DNA of 64,000 nucleotides, taken from assembly GCA_963842755.1 (NCBI GenBank), contig CAWJIC010000033.1:66452-130451 (forward strand). Direction: 5' to 3'. The position numbers and the translations under genes are program-made. Each line of letters starts with the position of its first letter. Position 1 is the first letter of the stretch. The notes under the pieces are model-generated. The model saw only the letters and a list, made by a program, of their open reading frames with translations, had not been told where the DNA came from and did not search any database. This document shows positions 47,262-54,692 of the stretch, in pieces. Source of the stretch: an uncultured Chloroflexia bacterium. Its GTDB lineage: Bacteria > Chloroflexota > Limnocylindria > Limnocylindrales > CSP1-4.

Positions 47262-47419
47262 GCAGCCAGCTCGTCGTGGGGCGGGCGCTCCTCTGGGGAG
47301 CGGGGAGTATCCCAAGGATAGACCCTCGGGCTCCAGTGCCCTTCGACCGACCGCGCTGGCCGGGAGGGTACACTGCTCGCGGCCGAACACCGTGCAGGTG
47401 CGGCCCGGATGAGGTACGG

Positions 47420-47677
47420 ATGACGAAGCACTCGAAGCGAGAGCGCGAGCGGCGCGTTGAGGAGACCGAGCGGGTCCGCCAGATCGAGGCCGCCTGGATG
47501 GGCAGCGTGCCGCCGGCCACCGCGAAGGCGTTCGCGCTCGGAGTCGAGGCTGCCCGGGCACGCGGCCCGCAGGTGCGCCCGCCCGACATGGCCCCCGGAA
47601 CCGCCCCGCGCCCGCCGCGCCCGGGCCACGAGCCGCGCCCGCCCAAGGAGCCCGCCCGACCGCGCCGAGGCGGCTAG
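47420..47677 (+). CDS. Hypothetical basic/Pro-rich small protein
   Basis: ATG after GAGG and GC3-biased codons. I recognise no family. Confidence 0.35.
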   Translation: MTKHSKRERERRVEETERVRQIEAAWMGSVPPATAKAFALGVEAARARGPQVRPPDMAPGTAPRPPRPGHEPRPPKEPARPRRGG

Positions 47678-47699
47678 GTCCGCTGCCGGGCCCTGGACC

Positions 47700-48968
47700 C
47701 TAGTCCTTCGCGGAGGGGTCCGTGATGCGGCCGAGGAAGAGGATCGCGCCGGTCGGGACGTCGCGCAGGGCGAACAGGAACGGGCGATCCACCCGCAGCG
47801 TCAGGGGCTCCTCGGGAGCGCCGGTCGTGCGCATGACGACCGCCGTGGCGGCCGCCGCCTCCGTGCCCTTCTCGTCCACGTCGATGTTCGCCTGGTGGAT
47901 GACCGCCGAGATGACGAGCTGCTCCTCGGTCGTGATCCCGGAGAAGTCCGCCCGATCCGGATCGAAGGCGAGCGGCATGCCCATCGCGGCGAGCGTCGTC
48001 GCGAGGTCCGTCTTGCTCTCGATCCCGAACTTCGGCAGGGCGAGCTGGACCGGGCGGGGCTGGAGCGCTCCGGTCACCCCGGCCAGGAGGTCGGGGGTGA
48101 GGCTCGACTGGAACGCAGCCATGCTGTCCGGAACGATGATCGTCAGCGCGAGCGAGCCGCCGACGTAGGGCAGCTCCACGGCGCGCCAGCCGGTTCCCTC
48201 GGCATAGGGGAACGACTCGCTGAGCGACATCATCAGGACGTCCACGGTGGAGCCGTCCGGGCGGCTGAAGGCGCCGGGCTTCGTCGCGTCCGGGCTGAAC
48301 GGCGTCAGCCAGGGGGCCTTGAGGTAGATCGCGTTGACGAGCGTGAGGCGCGTGTCGGTCGTGATGATGCCCGGGACCAGCAGCTCCGGGATCCGCTGCA
48401 CGGTCTGCTCGTCGACCCAGCCGTTGATCTGCCGGCGGGCGGCCTCGGGATCCGCCCGGTAGTCGACCAGCCGGAGCCCCGCCCCGAAGCGCGCGGCGAG
48501 CGCGTCGAGGTAGGCCGGCACGAGGGTCATCCCGCGCTGGGCGAACGGCGCGTTCGCGATCCGCAGGGCCACCGGATATGGCTTGCCCGCGGCATCGGGG
48601 AACGTCCCGCTCCGGCCGGCGAGGGCCGCGTCGAGCGCGTTGAGCCAGCCGGCATGCTCATCGGATGCCACCGCGCCGAGGACCCCGTCCATCTCCGCCG
48701 CGGTCTCGCCGCGGGCGCCGGCTCGGGCCATCGCCAGGGCGAGCGCCACGCTCGCGGGCGAGACGACGACGTTCCCGTCGCCGGCCCCGCTCCGCCGGAG
48801 GAGCTCCAGCCCGAACCCGTTGATTGCCGTGGCCGCCGACATCGCGTCGACGGGATCGGCCGAGGCGCGCGGCGCGTTGGCGCGGGCGAGGCCGACGTCC
48901 CCGGGTCCCGTGCATGCACTCGACACGGCGAGGACCAACGCGAGCAGGGCGGCGATCTGGCGCTTCAT
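47700..48968 (-). CDS. Serpin (serine protease inhibitor) with lipoprotein signal peptide
   Basis: MKRQIAALLALVLAVSSAC lipobox. Serpin body (NVVVSPASVALALAMA, LTLVNAIYLKAPW), hinge EKGTEAAAATAVV and PFLFALRD. Confidence 0.85.
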   Translation of the reverse strand: MKRQIAALLALVLAVSSACTGPGDVGLARANAPRASADPVDAMSAATAINGFGLELLRRSGAGDGNVVVSPASVALALAMARAGARGETAAEMDGVLGAVASDEHAGWLNALDAALAGRSGTFPDAAGKPYPVALRIANAPFAQRGMTLVPAYLDALAARFGAGLRLVDYRADPEAARRQINGWVDEQTVQRIPELLVPGIITTDTRLTLVNAIYLKAPWLTPFSPDATKPGAFSRPDGSTVDVLMMSLSESFPYAEGTGWRAVELPYVGGSLALTIIVPDSMAAFQSSLTPDLLAGVTGALQPRPVQLALPKFGIESKTDLATTLAAMGMPLAFDPDRADFSGITTEEQLVISAVIHQANIDVDEKGTEAAAATAVVMRTTGAPEEPLTLRVDRPFLFALRDVPTGAILFLGRITDPSAKD

Positions 48969-49205
48969 GACCCTCAGACGCCGGCGGGGGTGCCGTGGTT
49001 GCCGGGGCGGGACCGCGAGACTCAGGACGAGGCCGTCCTGGGCGGCTCCGCCTGGAGCGTTCGGGCGATCGCGGTGGCCCACTCCCTGATCTCGTCCTGG
49101 TGGACGACCCTCGGAGGTCCACAGGAGTGACGGGGCTGCGTTCGTGACCTCCGCCCCTGTCCGGCGGGGCGTTCGCCCCTCATGCTCCAGTCTTGGAGGT
49201 GCCCC

Positions 49206-49415
49206 ATGGCCGCGAAGGCAGGAGACCGCATCGTCGTCGAGTCGGAGAAGGTGGGCAAGGCAGCCCGGGAGGGCGAGATCCTGGAGGTGATCCAGTCGGC
49301 GACTGGCACTCGCTATCGGGTCCGCTGGGACGACGGGCATGAAAGCACGTTCCTGCCCTATGGCGGGAGTGCCCGAATCATCTCCCAGCCAGAACGCCAT
49401 CCGGCTCGCAAGTGA
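49206..49415 (+). CDS. DUF1918-like small protein
   Basis: GGAGG RBS. MAAKAGDRIVVES...GEILEV...YRVRWDDGHESTFLP matches the DUF1918 pattern. Confidence 0.6.
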   Translation: MAAKAGDRIVVESEKVGKAAREGEILEVIQSATGTRYRVRWDDGHESTFLPYGGSARIISQPERHPARK

Positions 49416-49499
49416 TCGTCGTGAGCGCGACGTCGTCGCACGAGCCTCGTCGCTCGAAGTCCAGCTGAAACCGGGACAGGATGGCGATGCGGGGCCCGG

Positions 49500-49649
49500 T
49501 CAGGGCTTCTTCGTCGGGGTCGGCTGTGTGGCGGCCCTGGGCTTCTGTTCCCTGAGGGCGGCGTCGTCGCGTTGCTTTGGCCTCTCTTCCCTTTGGAGTT
49601 TCAGTTCCTTCTGGCGCTTCTGGCGCTTCTTCTGCTTCTTCCCGGCCAT
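49500..49649 (-). CDS. Hypothetical 49-aa lysine/arginine-rich protein
   Basis: ATG preceded by AAGGAG at good spacing. MAGKKQKKRQKRQKELKLQREERPKQRDD... Confidence 0.4.
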   Translation of the reverse strand: MAGKKQKKRQKRQKELKLQREERPKQRDDAALREQKPRAATQPTPTKKP

Positions 49650-49880
49650 CGCTCGCTCCTTCACCCGGCTCCGGGCATCGATGCTGGCGGCGGTGCTGAT
49701 GTTCTCGCCGGGGTCACGGCCCGAACAGGGCCGTTGGTCGGGAAGCTCGCGTCGATTTGCCGGCGGGACGCGCTCGGACCGTCTCGCTGCGGGTGCCGCG
49801 CTCGCGCCACTCAAGGTGGCACGCCCGCCGCGTATCCTCCACGGAACGCCGACCCGGCACCGTCCAGAGGGGGACCTCGT

Positions 49881-49949
49881 TTGCCACCGGTCGTGATCGA
49901 CAACCCGATCCTCAACTCGCCGTTCCGCGAGCCGGCGCGCCATTTCCGG
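49881..49949 (+). pseudogene. 5' stub (about 23 codons) of a restriction-enzyme/helicase (type III Res-like) gene
   Basis: TTG start after GAGGGGG. (M)PPVVIDNPILNSPFREPARHFR resembles, from memory, the conserved N-terminus of Res-type DEAD/DEAH restriction helicases. The similarity ends abruptly at about 49950. Confidence 0.35.
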
Positions 49950-50125
49950 TGCGATTGCATGACGTCGCCATGCGCAGCGTGTAGGTCACGCTTCGCGGTT
50001 GGATGGGTGACTCGTTGCGTGCATATTGGCCGGATTCGCTGTTCACGAGCAGGCCCATGTTCTGGGCCCACGCCGAGGGGCAATACCAATCTCACCTGAC
50101 GCCGCAGGAAAAGATGGCGGACCTA

Positions 50126-50500
50126 TCAGACCGTCTCTTCGCCCGCGCCCTCTGCCTCGCCGCTCGGGGCGGCCGTCTCCGTCTTGCTCAGGTGGCTCGC
50201 CTCGATGATCGTCGCCCGGCCGTCGCGCTCCTTCCAGCGAGTCTGGATCAGGATCTCATCGGTCTCGCCGACGAGCCGAAGGACGACGGTGTAGCCGGAG
50301 CCGCCGCCGCGGTCGATCGAGTCGACGCTCGCCTCGTTCGACGGGAGCGGCAGGAGGGCCAGCACCTCTCCGAGATTCTGTCGAAGTTCCTTGCTGAAGT
50401 CCTCGGTCATCCGCTCGATGTCCCCGGCGACGAGCGCAGCACAGAGAGCCTCGGCGCGCTCACGAACGTCCTGTTCTTCCATCGATTGGCCCTCTAACAA
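50126..50500 (-). CDS. Hypothetical protein (acidic, about 120 aa)
   Basis: Clean ORF with non-repetitive sequence. The start is ATG 50500 or 50482. No family recognised. Confidence 0.45.
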   Translation of the reverse strand: MLEGQSMEEQDVRERAEALCAALVAGDIERMTEDFSKELRQNLGEVLALLPLPSNEASVDSIDRGGGSGYTVVLRLVGETDEILIQTRWKERDGRATIIEASHLSKTETAAPSGEAEGAGEETV

Positions 50501-50672
50501 GCGCGGATCAAGCGCAGTTGCGATCTCCCTGGGGCCACTCTACGACACTAGAAGAGCGAGGGCCCTAGACAGGCCAGCGACCCTCCTAGTCAGCGGGCTA
50601 AGTACATCACCGATGGATGCCAACCGATGGTATGTCTGACAACAGCAGCTGGAGCACGGTCAGGGGAGGAGT

Positions 50673-50715
50673 TGGTGGAGATGAAGGGACTCGAACCCCT
50701 GGCCTCCGGCGATGC
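50673..50715 (-). other. tRNA 3'-end fragment (T-arm, acceptor 3' strand, discriminator, CCA) without a 5' half; probable att-site remnant
   Basis: The minus strand reads ...aggcc AGGGG TTCGAGT CCCTT CATCTCC A CCA. No complementary GGAGATG 5' acceptor strand, D-arm or foldable anticodon arm lies upstream. Confidence 0.6.
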
Positions 50716-50870
50716 GAATCCTGCCCCACGGCCAGGTGTTGGCGGCCGGTGTAGTGGGCGTCCATGGCGATGCGCTGGGCCTCATCCGACAGCTCCCCAC
50801 GGAGGGGGTGTACCCTGCCTTCGTGGGCCCGAGCGGAACCGATGGGTGTGATGTGCCTGTGGAGAGTTCG

Positions 50871-51263
50871 ATGCAGCCGGTGAGCGTACAGATCATCACC
50901 TACGCGCCGACGGCCTTCCGCCACTGCCAGCACTGCGAGGTGGCGTTCGAGGGCATGGGCATCGGCCAGCGCGTGCAACGCGAGGCCGTCTCCAGCTCGC
51001 TGCCGGACAACCTGGCCCGTGAATACCAGGAGGTGTCCGACTGGGTCCATCGCCTGCTCGAACGCCACCCCGGCCGGCTCGCGGTCTCCGTCATCGACGC
51101 CGCTTCGATCGAGGGGGTCTGGAAGTCGCTGCGCCACCGCGTGCGCCGCTACCCGGCAACGATCGTGGCTGGGCGCGAGACGGCGATCGGTACCGATTTT
51201 GGGGCCGTCGATCGCGTCATCGACCGCCACGTGTCGTCCTCGGGAGGGAGAGGAGGGGCCTAA
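50871..51263 (+). CDS. Thioredoxin-fold-like CxxC protein (ArsD/YuzD-like topology), function unknown
   Basis: GGAG RBS. VQIITYAPTAFRHCQHCEV (beta strand then CxxC) and a later YPATIVAGRETAIG segment resemble the ArsD/YuzD-type thioredoxin fold. This is a similarity judgement only. Confidence 0.5.
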   Translation: MQPVSVQIITYAPTAFRHCQHCEVAFEGMGIGQRVQREAVSSSLPDNLAREYQEVSDWVHRLLERHPGRLAVSVIDAASIEGVWKSLRHRVRRYPATIVAGRETAIGTDFGAVDRVIDRHVSSSGGRGGA

Positions 51264-51370
51264 AGGGAAGATCCATATGGGGACGCCAGCGCGCTAGACG
51301 GCGCCGCAGGCTCACCATCCGGGTGACTGCCCCCGCCATTTGTGCGCGCTCCTTTGAACGGGAGGGTTGC

Positions 51371-53266
51371 ATGAGTTCGCTATGGGTCGTGGTCATCGGC
51401 GCGGTGGTCATCTACCTCGCCTACAACTATTACGCCCGCCGCATCGATAGGGTCGTCATTCAGTCGGACCCGAAGCGGGCGACGCCGGCCACCATGTACA
51501 TGGACGGGGCCGACTTCATGCCGACCAGCCGCTTCGTCCTGTACGGTTACCACTTCAAGTCGATCGCCGCCGCCGGCCCCATCGTCGGCGTCATCACCGC
51601 CGCCAACCTGTGGGGCTGGCTGCCATCGATCCTCTGGCTGATGATCGGCGTCACCTTCATCGGCTGGGCGAGCGACTACAGCGCGATCATGATGAGCGTG
51701 CGCAACGATGGGAACTCGCTCGCGGCGATCTCCCACCGGCTCATCAGCCCACGCACGCGGACGATCCTGTTCGTGTTCATCTTCTTCTACCTGCTGCTGC
51801 TCGGCGGTGCCTTCGTCGGGATCATGGCGGCCGTTCTGGACGCCAGGCCCGACGTCCCCTTCGGGATCCTGGTGCTGGCGGCGATGGGAATGCTCGGCGG
51901 CTACCTCATCTACCGCCGAAAGGTTGACCTGATCCGGGTCACCCTCCTCATCGTTGTCGCCACGCTGCTGGCCATGGTGCTCGGTCCGCTGGGCGTGACC
52001 TTCCAGAAGGGCCAGCCGCCGACCTGGGAGACCGGGCCGGTGAGCGGTGTCGTGCGTGGCATCAATGCCACGCTGAACGGCGACGGAAATCCCATCTACA
52101 CCGTGGTCGACCCGACAAACGCCGATCCGCGCGTTCCGCCGGTCAACCCCGAGACCGGAAAGCGGCCCTCTACCGCGGTCTTCAACGCCGCCACGGGCGA
52201 GATCAACGTCCTGCCCAGCTTCCTGTTCTGGTGCCTCTTTCTGCTGGCCTTCAGCTACCTGGGCACTAACATGGCGATCTGGCGCTTCGCGCAGCCGGTG
52301 AACTACATCGGCTTCTGGATCACCGCTCTGACCATTGGCCTCTCGGCGGTGGGCGCCATCCTGGCACCGTTCTTCCGACCGGAGGTGGCCGCCTTCAAGC
52401 TTCAGGCGTTCACGAGCTTCGCGCCGGCCGCGGCGGGGGCCATCCAGACCCTGTGGCCCATGCTCTTCGTCACCATCGCCTGCGGGGCGATCTCCGGCTG
52501 GCACGCGCTCATCGGATCGGTTGGCACCGCTCGGCAGCTTCAGTACGAGACCGATGCGCTGCCGGTCGGCGGCGGGGGTATGTTCAGCGAGAACACGCTG
52601 GGCCTCCTGTCGCTGACGGCGGTGGCGATCTCCGGCGGCGCGGGAGCCGGGGCGTTCGCCGCGGGGGTTGGCAACCTGCTGAACGTGGCAACCTTTGGGC
52701 TCGTGCCGCTCGCCTTCGGGACGGCGCTCGGCTTCGGCGCCTTCGTCGTGATCGTGCTTACCGTGGTGCAGCTCGTCTTCCGCGTCATGCGCGTGACGCT
52801 GGGCGAGTGGCTGGGCGACACGTGGATCGGCTTCAAGAACCAGCACGTCGCCATGATCATCTCATCGATCCTGGTGCTGGCCCTGGTGCTGTCCGGCACG
52901 TGGGTCTATCTGTGGCAGCTCTTCGGCGCCTCGAACCAGCTGCTGGCAGCGCTCAGCTTGCTGCTGGTGACGCTGTGGCTGGCCTCGACGCGGCGGAATC
53001 CGGCCTATGCCGGGATCCCCATGCTGTTCATGTACGTGACCACCGTGGCGGCGAGCCTGGTGACGGCGTACAACCTGTACGTCACGATCGTGATCCGCGA
53101 GGGCTCGGCGCTGATCTCCATTCTCGGCGCTTGGGCCATGATCGCGGTCTCGCTGCTGCTAGTGGGTGCGGCGCTGCTCATCGCCTTCGACGCGTGGAAG
53201 GCCTGGGGCCGCTACCGGGCCTTGCCAGCCGAGCCGGTTCCCGCGCCGGCGGCGCCGGGCGCTTAA
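51371..53266 (+). CDS. CstA (carbon starvation protein A) family transporter, divergent, with a large inserted loop
   Basis: VLYGYHFKSIAAAGPIVG, SVRNDGNSL, LFVTIACGAISGWHALIGS and LWQLFGASNQLLAA match CstA conserved blocks. Extra loop QKGQPPTWETGPV...NAATGE. Confidence 0.75.
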   Translation: MSSLWVVVIGAVVIYLAYNYYARRIDRVVIQSDPKRATPATMYMDGADFMPTSRFVLYGYHFKSIAAAGPIVGVITAANLWGWLPSILWLMIGVTFIGWASDYSAIMMSVRNDGNSLAAISHRLISPRTRTILFVFIFFYLLLLGGAFVGIMAAVLDARPDVPFGILVLAAMGMLGGYLIYRRKVDLIRVTLLIVVATLLAMVLGPLGVTFQKGQPPTWETGPVSGVVRGINATLNGDGNPIYTVVDPTNADPRVPPVNPETGKRPSTAVFNAATGEINVLPSFLFWCLFLLAFSYLGTNMAIWRFAQPVNYIGFWITALTIGLSAVGAILAPFFRPEVAAFKLQAFTSFAPAAAGAIQTLWPMLFVTIACGAISGWHALIGSVGTARQLQYETDALPVGGGGMFSENTLGLLSLTAVAISGGAGAGAFAAGVGNLLNVATFGLVPLAFGTALGFGAFVVIVLTVVQLVFRVMRVTLGEWLGDTWIGFKNQHVAMIISSILVLALVLSGTWVYLWQLFGASNQLLAALSLLLVTLWLASTRRNPAYAGIPMLFMYVTTVAASLVTAYNLYVTIVIREGSALISILGAWAMIAVSLLLVGAALLIAFDAWKAWGRYRALPAEPVPAPAAPGA

Positions 53267-53322
53267 ATCCGTATCGCTCCGCCTCGGGTGGGCCGGGCCT
53301 CCGGGCCCGACCCACCCGTCTG

Positions 53323-53991
53323 CTACTTGCTTGGCGCGACCTGGCGCGCAACCTCGCGAACGGCTCCCATCAGCCGCAGCGAGCTGATGCCATCCGCCGG
53401 CGGCAGGAGGTGGAGCTCCAGGTGCGGCACGGTCGGGCTGACCGACATCCGCCAGACGCCTCCGCTGACGCTGGCCAGCTGCTCCCACCAGCCGCGCAGC
53501 TCGTCGAGCTTCACGGTTGGGTCGTGCCGCGCCTCGAGCGCCGTCCCGTCCCACGCCCCGCTCCAGCTCGGGCCCGCGCGTTCGCCCGCCCAACGATGCC
53601 TGACATCGCCCATTGTCCAGCCCCGTGGATCAGCGAGATCAGCGCTGAAGCGCGGCGCCCGCACGAGGCGCAGGCGCAGGATCAGGAAGTCGCGGCGGCC
53701 GCGACGGTGAGCGAGCGCCCACAGCGCGCCGAGGTCACGCGGCTCGAGCACGACCAGCAGCGCGGCCTCACGGAACGGTGCCTCGGGCTGCGAGATGCGC
53801 AGCTCGACGACCGAGCTTCCCAGCCAGCGCAGGGTCGTCCGCTGGCCGAGCAGCGGGAGCCCATCCTGGAGCCAGCGCAGCAGCTCGTTGCCGCGCCGGA
53901 TGTTGCGCTGGGTGCCGAAGGCGAACCACAGCATGACGACCGCGAGTAGGGCGATCGCGAGCGAGGCGCCAAAGGCCGAGAGATCGGGCAT
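53323..53991 (-). CDS. Hypothetical N-terminally membrane-anchored protein
   Basis: MPDLSAFGASLAIALLAVVMLWFAFG TM anchor, then a soluble Arg/Trp-rich domain. Divergent from the downstream operon. Confidence 0.5.
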   Translation of the reverse strand: MPDLSAFGASLAIALLAVVMLWFAFGTQRNIRRGNELLRWLQDGLPLLGQRTTLRWLGSSVVELRISQPEAPFREAALLVVLEPRDLGALWALAHRRGRRDFLILRLRLVRAPRFSADLADPRGWTMGDVRHRWAGERAGPSWSGAWDGTALEARHDPTVKLDELRGWWEQLASVSGGVWRMSVSPTVPHLELHLLPPADGISSLRLMGAVREVARQVAPSK

Positions 53992-54091
53992 GAGTAGTGC
54001 AGGCGACTGTACGGAGCATGGCGGGCATCGGTCAAGCGGCTCTGGCGGCCGGGTGCTAGATTGGACCGATCCACATTGGTCGGGAGGGCCC

Positions 54092-54385
54092 GTGACCAAC
54101 GAGCGCGACGCGGCAGATGGAGGGCTGCGAACTGCGCTGCGCGAATTCCTCTACGGCATGACCGGGCACGAGTTCGCGCGCCAGTCGGTCGCCATGCGCG
54201 CCAACCTGGAGACGATCTTCATGGTGACCTGCGTCGGCGACATGATCGGTCTGCCGATCATTCCGCCCTACTATTCACTCCGCCTGCTGCCGTTCGTGAT
54301 CCCGCAGGTCGCCACCTGGAAGCGCCGCGTCCTGCGCGAACGCCACTTCAGCGAGGAGCACGACTATGAGTTGCATGGCGTCTAA
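54092..54385 (+). CDS. Small protein, paralog A (PPYYSLRLLP-core family), unknown function
   Basis: GTG after GGGAGGG. It shares about 60 alignable residues with the next gene, including GDMIGLPIIPPYYSLRLLPFVIPQVATWKRRVLRE. Confidence 0.6.
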   Translation: MTNERDAADGGLRTALREFLYGMTGHEFARQSVAMRANLETIFMVTCVGDMIGLPIIPPYYSLRLLPFVIPQVATWKRRVLRERHFSEEHDYELHGV

Positions 54386-54399
54386 GCCGGGAGGCAACG

Positions 54400-54690
54400 A
54401 TGGCTGACCAAGAGCAACCCGAGGAGCGCCGGGGCGGGCTGCGTGGGCTGGTCGGGAAGCTCCGGGAGGTCACCTACGGGATGGCCGCCCACGACATGAC
54501 CCGCTCCGCCCTCCGCACCCGGGCGAGCATGGAGCACCTCTTCATCCTGATCACCATGGGCGACCTGGTCGGGGTTCCGATCCTGCCACCCTACTACTCC
54601 CTGCGCCTGCTCCCCTACGTCGTGCCCCAGATCTCGACCTGGAAGCGAAGCATGCTGCGCGAGAAGGATGTGACCGATGCGATGTTCTAG
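54400..54690 (+). CDS. Small protein, paralog B (PPYYSLRLLP-core family), unknown function
   Basis: ATG after GGGAGG. GDLVGVPILPPYYSLRLLPYVVPQISTWKRSMLRE. It ends 2 nt before the ATPase gene. Confidence 0.65.
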   Translation: MADQEQPEERRGGLRGLVGKLREVTYGMAAHDMTRSALRTRASMEHLFILITMGDLVGVPILPPYYSLRLLPYVVPQISTWKRSMLREKDVTDAMF

Positions 54691-54692
54691 CC

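Noticed and set aside
49572-50099. Track ORF of 175 aa spanning the Res-like stub.
   Set aside because: Only residues around PPVVIDNPILNSPFREPARHFR look like real protein. The remainder is low-complexity or Cys-rich with no coherent codon bias.
50673-50760. Calling a complete tRNA gene here.
   Set aside because: Only the T-arm, acceptor 3' strand and CCA fold. There is no 5' acceptor complement (GGAGATG), no D-arm and no 5-bp anticodon stem with a 7-nt loop.
50720-50870. Possible integrase C-terminal remnant next to the tRNA fragment (minus-strand peptide ...LRGELSDEAQRIAMDA...).
   Set aside because: It bears only a vague resemblance to integrase tails. There are no catalytic R/H/Y motifs and the ORF runs antisense into the CxxC gene. 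It is not supportable.
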